The notes under the pieces are model-generated. The model was not told the origin of the DNA and searched no databases. It saw only the letters and a program-made list of their open reading frames with translations. A stretch of DNA of 64,000 nt from a virus. Lineage: Duplodnaviria > Caudoviricetes. Of the stretch, positions 47,507 through 58,361 are shown in pieces; within the stretch, counting starts at the first letter, position 1; every line of letters begins with the position of its first letter. The translations under genes and the position numbers were made by a program. The DNA lies in IMG/VR virus record IMGVR_UViG_3300032312_002037, positions 1-64,000 of that record. One strand, written 5' to 3'.

Positions 47507-50218
47507 ATGAAGTATCTTAGTAATAGAGATGAATTCCTTAAAAGAAGTATAATCAAAATAGATGAATACAGAACAACAGAAGATGACTCTTCAATAAATG
47601 AAGAGGCTGACTCAGGTCCATTTGCAAATGATATACCTTGGAATGACTCATTACTTGGTAGATTAATCAATTCTACTATTAGAAAAGCTAAAGTAGGTGC
47701 AAACTTGGTTAGAATTAAACAAGTTGCTAAAAGATTAAATGGTGCTTTTGAAGACTTATTAGCAAGATCTGCTGAAGGAAAACTTACAAAAGAAGAACTA
47801 GCTCAAAAGAATAAGATAACTATTTACAAATTTTTAGAAGCTTTACAAAAGTCTGTTGAATCTGGTGAAAAAGTGTATCTTATTAAGAATCTAACGGACT
47901 TAGCTATCAGAGACTTTAAACAATTTATTGAGGTCACACCAGCTGATGAACTTGCTGTTGATAAAACTGATTTAGAAAAATTGGTTAAACAATTGGAAGA
48001 TTTTAGAAAATTCTTAGATGATTTCAATGATGATGAAGGTGTTGACTATGAAGAGGAAGAAGAGATAAAAAGTGAGGTAGATGATAGTCCAGGTGAAGAT
48101 GATGAACCATCTAAAGAAGAGGAAGATGCTGAAAAGGTTCGTGAACTATTTTATACAACGACAATTACACTATTAAAATCAATAATGTCTTTATCTGGAA
48201 TAATAAATGATAAAAAAATTACAATTAAGGATAATAATACACCACCCCCACCAGCAGTACCAGCAAAAGTTGAAGCAGGTGAAAAAACTGAAGTAAACAA
48301 AGTAAAGGATAAAGCTGTAGTAACAACTGAAAGATTTTTTTACGAGAATGAGTCACTTCCAATATTTGAAACTGAATTAAATTCAACAACAGATATAAAA
48401 GCTATAAACGCTTGGACCAAAGTTGAAAAGGCATATAAAACAACATCAGGACTTGTTAAAATGATGCCAAGAATACAAGAACTTGTTAAAAAATCTGAAG
48501 AAGGTGAAAAAGTTGAAAAAGGTTGGATAATCTCAATAGGTGAACAAGTTATTAAGAATGAAATAACTATTGGTAAAAATTTAATTCCGCTTGACAAATT
48601 AATCAAAGAGGAAGTAGAACCAGTACCTTCATCATATAGTGATATACCAAAAGCCATATCACTATATGGTAATGTTATTCTAGCATTTAGAGATGATATG
48701 ACTATTGCTGCTAAATTAGCAGAAGCCAATCAATCTATTAAAGACTTTATAACATCTTATGATAAGTTGAAAGAACTTCTACCTAAATTAAAAGCTAAAA
48801 AGGTTGAAAAAACCGTTAAACCAGAAGGTTCGAAAATTAAATCAGAAGATGATAGTAAACTTAAAAAAGAGTCTAGACTATTTAGATACTATGACTTTAT
48901 AAATGAAGCCGAAGAAGGTCAATCAGTTGAAGATGTTCAAAGAGAAGAAACAGTAACAACAGATAAAGGAGAAGAAGTTTCAGATCCTGTTAAGAAAAAT
49001 GCTGCTCAAGAAATAAAAGATTATTGGGAAAAAAACATAAATATTAAAGGTTATGTAATGACAAGAACTGAAGTAGAAAGAACTCAAATAGCTCTTGAAA
49101 AAGCAAGTAAAAATAATATTGTTATTCAAGGCTTAGATCCTATAATTGAGATTGTTAAAGTATTTAACAGAGCTTATAAGTTACATACTACTCAAGTTAT
49201 TCCAACTGGAAGAAGTGGTGGTAAAGTATCTAATAAAACATTTAGAGAATACACATGTTTTGGTAATGGCTCTCCAAATAATGCAGGTGCTGAAGGTGGA
49301 CCATATAGAAATAATGCTATTTTTGATCAATGGGAAAATGCTGTTCAAGAAATTAAAAAGCAAACTAGATTTCAAAAAGTATTTAGACAAGAAACTACTC
49401 TTAAAACTGAGGAAGGCAACATTATTAAAGATGCTGGTAGAAATCTTTTAAAATTCATGAATGATATGCTTGATGGTGATACTCTTTATAAAACAAGAGA
49501 TAGTAAAGGAAAACAAGCTGAATTTATTGAAAAATACTTTGGCGCAGCAGATGCTGAGAAACTACCTCTTTACCTAAGTGAAAAAGATAAAGAAGAAGTA
49601 CCTAATACTGCAAATAGTATGCCTAAGGCTAAAACTCTTTCTTTCAAAAAAGAATCTTTAAAATTTGAAAACTTTAGTGAGCTATCACAAACATTCTTTT
49701 CTATACAAAGTAAAGGAGAAAAATTCTTTTTCTACATACAAGAAGTAGATAGTGAGTACGCTTATGTTACTTATTGTAGAAGTTGGTATTTCTTCAAAAG
49801 TTATATTTCTAAATCAGGCATCTCATTAACCGGTAGCGTACCTGTTACTGACGCCGAGAAAACTGAGAATAAACAATACATTATTAAGGCAACTCGTATT
49901 AAATTAGCAGAACTTATTGGTAATGATGGTCAAATTAAGCTAGAAGGTGATTATAAAGTTAAATATCTAACAAAATATAGGGAAGATAAAAATAAATCAA
50001 GTGCAACTCCTTCTTTATCAGGGGACGATAAAGATGATAATTTTATTATTGGTTCTGAGAAATCAACTTTATGTGAGGTTGGTAAAGATGAAAATGGAAA
50101 AGACTTTACTAAGAGATTTAAATTGTCAAATAGAAATATAGGCGAAGTTATAAGAACTGTTGGTGGTTTTCCTACTGTAAGAGTAGATGATATCAACAAA
50201 ACATATTTTAAAAAATAA
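47507..50218 (+). CDS. Large acidic hypothetical protein, probably virion-internal
   Basis: 903 aa with TAATATATA upstream; upstream of the sheath gene. Confidence 0.7.
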   Translation: MKYLSNRDEFLKRSIIKIDEYRTTEDDSSINEEADSGPFANDIPWNDSLLGRLINSTIRKAKVGANLVRIKQVAKRLNGAFEDLLARSAEGKLTKEELAQKNKITIYKFLEALQKSVESGEKVYLIKNLTDLAIRDFKQFIEVTPADELAVDKTDLEKLVKQLEDFRKFLDDFNDDEGVDYEEEEEIKSEVDDSPGEDDEPSKEEEDAEKVRELFYTTTITLLKSIMSLSGIINDKKITIKDNNTPPPPAVPAKVEAGEKTEVNKVKDKAVVTTERFFYENESLPIFETELNSTTDIKAINAWTKVEKAYKTTSGLVKMMPRIQELVKKSEEGEKVEKGWIISIGEQVIKNEITIGKNLIPLDKLIKEEVEPVPSSYSDIPKAISLYGNVILAFRDDMTIAAKLAEANQSIKDFITSYDKLKELLPKLKAKKVEKTVKPEGSKIKSEDDSKLKKESRLFRYYDFINEAEEGQSVEDVQREETVTTDKGEEVSDPVKKNAAQEIKDYWEKNINIKGYVMTRTEVERTQIALEKASKNNIVIQGLDPIIEIVKVFNRAYKLHTTQVIPTGRSGGKVSNKTFREYTCFGNGSPNNAGAEGGPYRNNAIFDQWENAVQEIKKQTRFQKVFRQETTLKTEEGNIIKDAGRNLLKFMNDMLDGDTLYKTRDSKGKQAEFIEKYFGAADAEKLPLYLSEKDKEEVPNTANSMPKAKTLSFKKESLKFENFSELSQTFFSIQSKGEKFFFYIQEVDSEYAYVTYCRSWYFFKSYISKSGISLTGSVPVTDAEKTENKQYIIKATRIKLAELIGNDGQIKLEGDYKVKYLTKYREDKNKSSATPSLSGDDKDDNFIIGSEKSTLCEVGKDENGKDFTKRFKLSNRNIGEVIRTVGGFPTVRVDDINKTYFKK

Positions 50219-50778
50219 TGAAAAATCTTAAAACATATAAACTTTTTGTAGAAGAGTCTGAATTTGATTTGAATGTAACAGATGAGCCCGATATTAAAAT
50301 GGCTAAAGATGAGTTATCAGTAACTCAAAAACAACTATCTGATTATAAAACAAAGAAGAATTTAATAGATACGGCTTTTCTTAAAATAAAAGTAGATGCT
50401 GACTTACAAACAAAAGTAGATGAGATTGTCGGCAAAGCCGATCTAAAAACACCTAAAAATCCATTTTTAGTTAGCTATTTACATGTGGCTAAATTGAAAA
50501 GAAGACTAGACAAACTTCAAACCGATATTGCTAATGACAAAGTTAAAAAAGATGATTTTACTGAAGAATTAAAACTATCTACGGATGATATAACAAAAAA
50601 GTCTGTTGTTACAAAAATAACTGATATCACTAACAGAATATCAACAAATACGACAAATATAGCATCATTAGTTAAAGATATAGCTGATGCGCAAAAGTCA
50701 TTAGACGATAAAATGAAAAGTATAGAAAAAAATATGATGGATAATATTAAAAAGTTGTCAAATCAAACATCAAAATAG
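50218..50778 (+). CDS. Coiled-coil protein with a CTS-like N-terminus
   Basis: Starts MKNLKTYKLFVEE. Confidence 0.7.
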   Translation: MKNLKTYKLFVEESEFDLNVTDEPDIKMAKDELSVTQKQLSDYKTKKNLIDTAFLKIKVDADLQTKVDEIVGKADLKTPKNPFLVSYLHVAKLKRRLDKLQTDIANDKVKKDDFTEELKLSTDDITKKSVVTKITDITNRISTNTTNIASLVKDIADAQKSLDDKMKSIEKNMMDNIKKLSNQTSK

Positions 50779-50839
50779 AAAAAATATCATTTTTTACATT
50801 TTATATATACTCTATAACATAAAAAAAAATATTAAAAAT

Positions 50840-53800
50840 ATGGCAATTCAAATTGGAAAATACAAAAGACCAGGAATCTTCATAGAAGAATTTGATAATT
50901 CAATTATTACAACTCCTGTGGTTGAGGGTATTACTAATATGGTTATTGGCGTTTCTAAAAAAGGACCAGTAAACACACCTATTAGACTTACAACTCTTAA
51001 CGACTTAGAGTCGATATTTGGTCAACTTGACAGAGGCTTGGAAAGAAAAGGTTCGTTTTTCCACAGAACTATCCAAAAAATGTTGGAATCAACTCCAGTA
51101 TTCGCTATCAACTTATTAAGCACAGATGATACACTTGATACTATTGAGTATAAATCATTATCAGCATCTGCGGGTTATAATAATGATATACAAAGATTAG
51201 GAGCTTATAGAAGATTTTTTGATACAACAGGTTTCTGGAAAAGAGATACTGAATCTTTCATTAACTTAACTAAAGGTAATACTGGTTATACTGAAAGAGC
51301 ATTCAATATCACAAATCTTTCCGATAAGTTCATCACTGTATTTATCATTAAGAGTGCTAGAACTGGTTTTGACAGAACTTTAATCGAATGGTATGGTTCT
51401 CAAGAAAAACTTCCACCATATGTTAGTGCTAATGATTACGCATCTGACTACATGGTTGATGTTGTAGTTGTAGGAGGTGATTGGACTGACTATCAAACTT
51501 TAGCTGTTGATAGTAGATGGAGTGCCTACTTTAATACATCTGGTCTTATCAAAGGACAGATTAGAAACTTTGCTAATGACAGAAATGTTACTTCATTAGC
51601 TTATTATGAAGGATTATCTTTGATTCCATATTTTAGAGATGCCAACGGTACTAATATTTTTATTGAAACAACAATTAACAGAGATACAGACAGAACAGGT
51701 TTATTTTGCTCATTCAACGCAGATTTAGTTGAAACAGATTACTATAATGGTTTATTAGACTTAGTAGGTCAAACAACTGCTGGTGTTTTAGAAACAGAAA
51801 TTGATTTTTTATCATATAAAGAAAAAATATCTGAATCAGTTGAGATAGTATCAACTCCTCTTGACTTACCAGGTAACGTTACCGCTTTATTAGGCGGTAC
51901 TTGGTCAGGAAATGGTTATATAAACCAACCAAATCACGCATTTGGTTCAGTTCCAACTGAAACAGGTGTTATTACCAATGGTGATAATAGAACTGCTTGG
52001 TTTGCTGAAGGCTCTACTTATGATGTTACTATAGGTTCTATAGTTTCTACAATATCTGATATAACAGTTACTTATTTAGCACCTGATGGCTTTGCAGTTA
52101 TAGGTGATGAATATATTCCGGTTTCTGGTACTTTCTCTCTAGCACTTAATGCAAGTGATTACACAGCAACATACGGAACATTATCATATGTTTCTGCATT
52201 TGTGTTGGATAACACAGGTACAATTAGTACTCGTTCTAACACAACTGGTTCACCTGCATCTGTAAATACAACAAATCCTTCAGTATCAACATCTGATATA
52301 GTTTTAGGATATGTTAATTTTCAAATATTTAACGGTGATATCGCAACTAGTTCAGTTGCACTTACTCCGGTTAATGTGAATGGTAGTGGATTTGTTGATT
52401 ATCAACACGGATCAACAGCGGACTATAGTATTACATTAGAAGGATCGGGTTCTATTAAAGTAGAATTCTTAGATACTAATACTGTAGCTTCTGTTAAAAA
52501 TTATGAACAATATAGAAAAATTAAATTATTCAACAAACTTGTTGATTTAATTGACGGTGCTAACAAAGATAAAATGACACTATGTCTTGGTCCGGTAAAT
52601 AACTTTGATAAAGTTAGTTTATCAGGAATGACAATTACAAATATTGTTACTTCAACTACTTCTAATAAGTCATTTATCTTAAATACTGGCTTGTCTAATG
52701 CTAAATTGGTTGATATACTACATGGTTACTTTGTAATTTATACAGTAGATAATGAAACAATCTTAGGTCAAGATTCAATTACTTCTAAGTCGGAAGTTTC
52801 AACACCATCAGATGGTGTTGTAGGTAAGTATTCTAAATTCTACACAAGATATTATGATGGTCTTATAAATACAGGTGACTACTTCTATACTAATAGAATG
52901 CCTCAATCAATGGTAGTATCTGGTGATACTTATACAGTCATCTTCATCGATGGTGAGACTGTAAGTGCTACATATTCCGGTAAAAACTATGTTATCTTTG
53001 ATGGTGTTGCTGATCCAACATTTGATGTTTATGAGCAATTTATTGTTCCTACAACACCAACTCAGACTGTAAGTCTCAATACTGGATCATTTACAATATT
53101 TTCAAACCTAAATCCTTCTACATTAGCAACCGCCTTAGGTTACTCTGGTTCATTTGCTTATGAAGTTACAGAAGAAGTGGCTTATGAAGAAGTAATGCTT
53201 GTTTCTAACATATATGATTATATTAATAAGAAATATATTAAAATGTATTTAGATAGTGACAATATTCTTTATACTACATTCTGGGATGATTTATCATTTA
53301 CTGGAAATACTAATCTTGATGTAATTACAAACAACACATTCTACATTCAGTCAGAAAAATCAAATTTCACACAAACTGTTGAAATTGAAGTTCCTAATGG
53401 ATACGTTCAAATTCCTAACAAGATTCTTGTTAAAGCCGATAGATATACTGAAGTAAGAGTTGGTGACTTCTTATTAGCTTACTATGATGTAAATTTACTT
53501 CAAGTTGGTGAATCACCAAGAAAACTTACAAGAATTCTTTCTAAGAAAGCTTATAGTGGTGACTCAACATTATCAGAAATCACTTGTGATTCTAGAATTT
53601 TAACTAGCAACACAGGTTCAGCATTACAAACAACTAGATATTCTTCTATTGATAACTACGCAACTACTTACAAAGGTATTGCTATGAAAGGATTTAGAGT
53701 TAGATTAGCTTCTTTACCTGATGGTACAGAATCTAGACAAAATTCAATATTAAATATTGCTGCTAAAGGCACTCCTTTATTTAAGGCAATAACTAATAAA

Positions 53801-54715
53801 GAGGCAATTGACTTCAGATATTTAATTGACTCGTTTGGTCTTGGTTTAACTGAGAGATCTAAACAACAATTAGTAGATATCTGTGGTGAAAGACTAGACG
53901 CTCTTGGAATTATCAACATGCCTTCTATGAAATCATTTAAGAACTCATCTTCTCCATCATTCGTAAATAATGAAGGTGTTTTACAACTTGAGTTTGTTGC
54001 TAAAGGCGGCAATCCAGAAAGCTCTCCAGCATTTCTTTACTCATTTGGTGATGGATTAGGATCTACTTCAGTAGGTTACTTCATGCCTTATATAACAGTA
54101 AATGACAATGGCAGACCAGTAGATGTTCCACCAGCAGCTTGGGTTGCTACAACTTATATGAGAAAACATATCTCTAATATAAGTGGAATAACTCCTTGGA
54201 CAATTGCAGCAGGTGTTACTAATGGTAGAATTACTAATATTACAGCAACTGAAATGGACTTCACATCAACCGATATTGAGTTTATTAACGAAGCTCAAAT
54301 GAATCCAATCGTGTTCAAAAGAAATAGAGGAAATGTAATTGAAACTGAAAATACAGCTCAAACACTTTACTCATCAGCTCTTTCTTACTTACATGTTAGA
54401 GAAGTTCTTATCGAACTTGAAAGAGAATTATCAAGAATGTTATTAGACTTCCAATGGAAATTTAATACACCTGATATTAGAGCAGAAATTAAACTTAGAG
54501 CAGACGTTATCTGCGAAACTTATGTAAGTAAGAATGGTTTATTTAACTACTTTAACAAGATGGATGAAGAAAACAACACAAATGAAATCATCGATAATCA
54601 AATTGGTGTACTTGACACTTATGTTGAACCAATCAAGGGTATGGGTATTATTGTCAACAATATTACTATCTTGAGAACAGGTGCTATCTCTGCGGGTGGA
54701 TTCATCAACGGATAA
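50840..54715 (+). CDS. Tail sheath protein (gp18-like), 1291 aa
   Basis: RPGIFIEEFD, GVSKKGPVN; C-terminal PWTIAAG, MNPI, SYLHVRE, YVEPIKG. Confidence 0.93.
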   Translation: MAIQIGKYKRPGIFIEEFDNSIITTPVVEGITNMVIGVSKKGPVNTPIRLTTLNDLESIFGQLDRGLERKGSFFHRTIQKMLESTPVFAINLLSTDDTLDTIEYKSLSASAGYNNDIQRLGAYRRFFDTTGFWKRDTESFINLTKGNTGYTERAFNITNLSDKFITVFIIKSARTGFDRTLIEWYGSQEKLPPYVSANDYASDYMVDVVVVGGDWTDYQTLAVDSRWSAYFNTSGLIKGQIRNFANDRNVTSLAYYEGLSLIPYFRDANGTNIFIETTINRDTDRTGLFCSFNADLVETDYYNGLLDLVGQTTAGVLETEIDFLSYKEKISESVEIVSTPLDLPGNVTALLGGTWSGNGYINQPNHAFGSVPTETGVITNGDNRTAWFAEGSTYDVTIGSIVSTISDITVTYLAPDGFAVIGDEYIPVSGTFSLALNASDYTATYGTLSYVSAFVLDNTGTISTRSNTTGSPASVNTTNPSVSTSDIVLGYVNFQIFNGDIATSSVALTPVNVNGSGFVDYQHGSTADYSITLEGSGSIKVEFLDTNTVASVKNYEQYRKIKLFNKLVDLIDGANKDKMTLCLGPVNNFDKVSLSGMTITNIVTSTTSNKSFILNTGLSNAKLVDILHGYFVIYTVDNETILGQDSITSKSEVSTPSDGVVGKYSKFYTRYYDGLINTGDYFYTNRMPQSMVVSGDTYTVIFIDGETVSATYSGKNYVIFDGVADPTFDVYEQFIVPTTPTQTVSLNTGSFTIFSNLNPSTLATALGYSGSFAYEVTEEVAYEEVMLVSNIYDYINKKYIKMYLDSDNILYTTFWDDLSFTGNTNLDVITNNTFYIQSEKSNFTQTVEIEVPNGYVQIPNKILVKADRYTEVRVGDFLLAYYDVNLLQVGESPRKLTRILSKKAYSGDSTLSEITCDSRILTSNTGSALQTTRYSSIDNYATTYKGIAMKGFRVRLASLPDGTESRQNSILNIAAKGTPLFKAITNKEAIDFRYLIDSFGLGLTERSKQQLVDICGERLDALGIINMPSMKSFKNSSSPSFVNNEGVLQLEFVAKGGNPESSPAFLYSFGDGLGSTSVGYFMPYITVNDNGRPVDVPPAAWVATTYMRKHISNISGITPWTIAAGVTNGRITNITATEMDFTSTDIEFINEAQMNPIVFKRNRGNVIETENTAQTLYSSALSYLHVREVLIELERELSRMLLDFQWKFNTPDIRAEIKLRADVICETYVSKNGLFNYFNKMDEENNTNEIIDNQIGVLDTYVEPIKGMGIIVNNITILRTGAISAGGFING

Positions 54716-54841
54716 TAATTAATAAATTTTATAATAAAAAGAGGAAAGTGAAAACTTTCCTCTTTTTTTTTGTTATAACAATAAGGTATTTTATAGGGAT
54801 AACATTTCCATGAATATATAAATAAAAAATAACAACATTAT

Positions 54842-55780
54842 ATGTCTGAACAAAATAATATGAGCGAAGAAGATTACTTAAAGAAACATTTAGGTCAATT
54901 AGAAAATTCAAAATCTCCGGTAAATTCCGATATTCCATTTGTAGAACAACCAAAAAATGACAGTTCAAGAACTACAGATCTTCAATTCTTTAACTTTGAT
55001 ATTAAAGAATTACCTTGTGGTGATTTTTATCCAGCAGGTACTATCTTTATGGTAAGACCAGCTCAAGTAAAAGAAATTCAAGCATATTCAATGGTAGATG
55101 ATAATAACTTCTATGATATTGTTGAAAAAATGAATGATATCTTACAAGCTTGTGTTAGAATCAAATACTCTGATGGCAAAATGGGTTCTTACCTTGAGAT
55201 AAAAGACCAGGATAGATTATTTTTAATATTCTTAGTCAGAGAATTAACGTTTCAACAGGGTAACTCATTAACCGTTCCAACAAGATGTGGCTGTGGCACT
55301 GATTTACAAATAGAATTAAAAAGAAATAACTTCTCATTTCATGAAATCGATGAAAAACTTGATAGATACTTTAGTAATTCTACAAAATCTTATCACTTCA
55401 CAACAGTAAATGGTAAAGAGTTTGAATTAACTCCACCAAATATAGGATTACAAAAAGCATTTACTGATTATATCTTAAAAGAAAATAACGAGAAGAGAAC
55501 TCCAAATTTATCTTTCTTGAAAATTATTCCTTTTATGTTATCAGGTAGACACTCAATAACTTATGAAGGTGTTAAAGTTAAATTAAAAGAATTTGAAGAA
55601 ATAGATGATATTTCTTTTCAATTCTTAAATGCAGCAGTTAGTAAAATGACATTTGGTATCAAAGAATTGAAGAAAACCTGTTCGTGTGGTGAGGAGGTCC
55701 ACACTGATATGCAATTTCCCAACGGAGCGTCAGGTATTTTCGTTATTCACGATGCCTTTGAAGCATATATTAAAGAATAA
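54842..55780 (+). CDS. Baseplate hub assembly protein (gp26-like)
   Basis: ELPCG..YP, RPAQVKE, DRLFLIFLVRELT, terminal CSCGEE..F. Confidence 0.65.
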   Translation: MSEQNNMSEEDYLKKHLGQLENSKSPVNSDIPFVEQPKNDSSRTTDLQFFNFDIKELPCGDFYPAGTIFMVRPAQVKEIQAYSMVDDNNFYDIVEKMNDILQACVRIKYSDGKMGSYLEIKDQDRLFLIFLVRELTFQQGNSLTVPTRCGCGTDLQIELKRNNFSFHEIDEKLDRYFSNSTKSYHFTTVNGKEFELTPPNIGLQKAFTDYILKENNEKRTPNLSFLKIIPFMLSGRHSITYEGVKVKLKEFEEIDDISFQFLNAAVSKMTFGIKELKKTCSCGEEVHTDMQFPNGASGIFVIHDAFEAYIKE

Positions 55781-56003
55781 ACTTCTATTACAAAAACATT
55801 TTCACACTCAAGAAGTGGCTATGGATGAATGGCCCTTCTGGATGTTTGAAGAGAATATAAAAATGGTTAACGAGATTGTTGAAGAGGAAGAAACAAATAG
55901 AAAGAAACAAGAAGGTGAACAACAAAAAGGAATGCCAAACTTTGATGCTAATTCAATGATGAGAAATGCCTCAAATATGACAAATAACTTACCAAAATTC
56001 TAA
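55752..56003 (+). CDS. Baseplate hub chaperone (gp51-like)
   Basis: LLLQKHF..EVAMDEWPFWMFE; probable start MPLKH overlapping the upstream stop. Confidence 0.55.
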   Translation: MPLKHILKNKLLLQKHFHTQEVAMDEWPFWMFEENIKMVNEIVEEEETNRKKQEGEQQKGMPNFDANSMMRNASNMTNNLPKF

Positions 56004-56035
56004 AATACTAAATAAAGGCGCAGATTTATAAATTA

Positions 56036-56096
56036 AAAACCCACCAATCGGTGGGTTTTTTTATTTAACAAAAAACCCACCGATTGGTGGGTTTTT
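56036..56096. terminator. Paired mirror-image terminators
   Basis: ACCCACCAATCGGTGGGT followed by its exact reverse complement ACCCACCGATTGGTGGGT, each flanked by A/T tracts. Confidence 0.85.
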
Positions 56097-56112
56097 AATT
56101 TTAATATTATTC

Positions 56113-56733
56113 TTAGTATCCAGATATAATCGGAGGATTGATAGTAAAGTTGTTATCGATATACTCATCAATGAAGTAGTCATAGATAAAGTCAGCTTGA
56201 ACTGATTCAATAATGTTATTTGAAGCCCAGTCTAAAGTATAACCTTGTAATTTACTGATTTGACAGTTTTGAAAAGTTACACGTCTTAGTACAACACCCT
56301 TTTTATCATGTTGATTAACGATGATGGTACCAATGATATCACTCTTATAATGAAGTGAACCATTTTGTGAGTTAAATACTAAATCATACCAAGCCTTCAT
56401 AGCATTCCAAGTCTCCATAGAACCTTGCTGATTCACGTTAACATTGAACTTAATGTTAAATGCACCAGAAGTTTTTGTAGGAGTCGTTAAAAACGCTCTA
56501 GTTGAATACTTGAATCTTTGTTCTTTAACTGTAACGTCAAATTCTGTTAAGTTAAAATCAATATTCAAAGCATTTTGAAGAAGTAAGATAGGATTTCTAC
56601 CTTGTGCCTGTAAAATAACAGGTAATACGAATGTTGTTTCAAACAAATTTGTATATACTACTTCATCAGGTAATGTACCTGGTCCACCCGGTGACCCTGT
56701 GTTTAATAGCTGCGTGAAATGTGGTAACGGCAT
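56113..56733 (-). CDS. Tail tube protein (gp19-like)
   Basis: EVVYTNLFE, AWYDLVFN, YDYF; lies in a structural context. Confidence 0.8.
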   Translation of the reverse strand: MPLPHFTQLLNTGSPGGPGTLPDEVVYTNLFETTFVLPVILQAQGRNPILLLQNALNIDFNLTEFDVTVKEQRFKYSTRAFLTTPTKTSGAFNIKFNVNVNQQGSMETWNAMKAWYDLVFNSQNGSLHYKSDIIGTIIVNQHDKKGVVLRRVTFQNCQISKLQGYTLDWASNNIIESVQADFIYDYFIDEYIDNNFTINPPIISGY

Positions 56734-56846
56734 ATTTTTTTAAATTATTTTTTTATAAATTATATATTTTAGTTCTTTGTCTCTTTAGCTCTATTTTTAA
56801 AATTATGTTGTAAAAAATGCCATTTCCACCATTTAATAAATAGTAT

Positions 56847-57194
56847 ATGAACTGTAACTATAGATATTGCAATAAAGAGATTATATGGGGTAGACCTGAT
56901 AGAAAATTTTGCAACAAAAACTGCAAGTCTAAAGAAAACGCCATCACAAAAGAAGTAAAGGCTCTTAATCGAAGAAGTAAAAAAAGTAAAGATTTTGTTG
57001 AAAAGTCAAATATTAAACATAACTATAAGTATAACTATGATTTAGTACTTTATGAAAATTGTAGAAGTAAAGTCAAAATAATATGTCCAGTTCACGGAGA
57101 ATTTGAACAAACACCAAACGGGCACCTATATGCTGGCAGTGGTTGTGAAAAATGTGCCAGAGAAGCCAGAAGAAAAGAAACAATACCTGAATAA
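56847..57194 (+). CDS. Zn-ribbon protein (DUF723-like homing-endonuclease DNA-binding part), no nuclease domain
   Basis: CNYRYC..FCNKNC; KVKIICPVHGEFEQTPNGHL..GCEKC. Confidence 0.7.
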   Translation: MNCNYRYCNKEIIWGRPDRKFCNKNCKSKENAITKEVKALNRRSKKSKDFVEKSNIKHNYKYNYDLVLYENCRSKVKIICPVHGEFEQTPNGHLYAGSGCEKCAREARRKETIPE

Positions 57195-57221
57195 TTTCAT
57201 ATAAAAAGAAAACAATTTTTA

Positions 57222-58346
57222 ATGAAAGTTTTTATTACAACAGACTGGCACTTCGGAGTATATCTTAATAACTTAGACAAATGGTTAGATATGATGGAAG
57301 ATTACTTCTACAACTCTTTTATTCCTTATATAAGAGAAAATGCTAAACCCGGTGATATTCTTATTCACTGTGGTGACTTATATGACAACAGAACATCTAT
57401 TCCTATTATTGCTTCATATAAAGCTGAGAAGATTATTTTAGAACTATCTCAGATACTACCGTTACACATTATTGTTGGTAATCACGACCTATGGAACAAA
57501 GGATCGAATGATATTAACTCTGTTAGATTATTCAATCATGTTAATAATGTAAATGTTTACACAGAAACAACTACAATTGAAGTGGATGGTCAGAAATTAG
57601 TTTTAATGCCTTGGGTTGAAAAAAGATTAGATATGATTAAAGAAATCACTAACAATCAAGGTGACTATTTATTCTGTCACTCTGACTTAAATGGTTGTAG
57701 AATGCACTTAAACTCGGTAGCTCATAGAAATGCGGATAAGATTGATGTTGATGAATTTAGAAAATATAAACACGTTTTTAGTGGACATATTCATATTCGT
57801 CAAACAAATGAAAATTTCTCGTTTATAGGCTCTCCATATCAAATGGATAGAAATGATATGGGAGACCAAAAAGGTATCACCATACTCGACCTAAATAGTG
57901 ATAAAATCGATTTTGCACCTAACACATACTCTCCAATTTTTAGAAAGTTTAGAGTTGCTAATGAAGAAGATATTGATAAGTTAGATGAGTTAAGAGGAAC
58001 TAAAGATTATATCGATTTAGCTATTTCAAATAATCTTTTAATTAACAATAGAAAGCTTCGTAGAAAGTTAGAAGTTATGTTAGAGAAAGGCAACTTTGCT
58101 TCTGTGGAGTATATTGATGATATTACTAAAGACTTAGTAGATGGTGAAGAAGTAAATGAATCCAATGAGGTTGAATTTGATGAGAACGGAATAGAAATAT
58201 CAGTTCAATTGGAATATGAAGATTATATCAAAGAGTACATCTTAAAACAATCTTATGATAATGATAAATTCAAATCAGGTATTGTAAATGAGTTTGATGA
58301 AGTTATTAAGATATACAATGAAAATTATAAAGTCAAAGCTGACTAA
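57222..58346 (+). CDS. Recombination nuclease subunit (T4 gp47/SbcD/Mre11-like)
   Basis: TDWHFG, HCGDLYD, VGNHD, FSGHIH, GSPYQ. Confidence 0.92.
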   Translation: MKVFITTDWHFGVYLNNLDKWLDMMEDYFYNSFIPYIRENAKPGDILIHCGDLYDNRTSIPIIASYKAEKIILELSQILPLHIIVGNHDLWNKGSNDINSVRLFNHVNNVNVYTETTTIEVDGQKLVLMPWVEKRLDMIKEITNNQGDYLFCHSDLNGCRMHLNSVAHRNADKIDVDEFRKYKHVFSGHIHIRQTNENFSFIGSPYQMDRNDMGDQKGITILDLNSDKIDFAPNTYSPIFRKFRVANEEDIDKLDELRGTKDYIDLAISNNLLINNRKLRRKLEVMLEKGNFASVEYIDDITKDLVDGEEVNESNEVEFDENGIEISVQLEYEDYIKEYILKQSYDNDKFKSGIVNEFDEVIKIYNENYKVKAD

Positions 58347-58361
58347 AACAAAAATCCATCT

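Noticed and set aside
55686-56003. Possible programmed frameshift fusing the gp26-like and gp51-like ORFs
   Set aside because: It would need a +1 shift, I saw no clear slippery site, and an in-frame ATG at 55752 explains the overlap.
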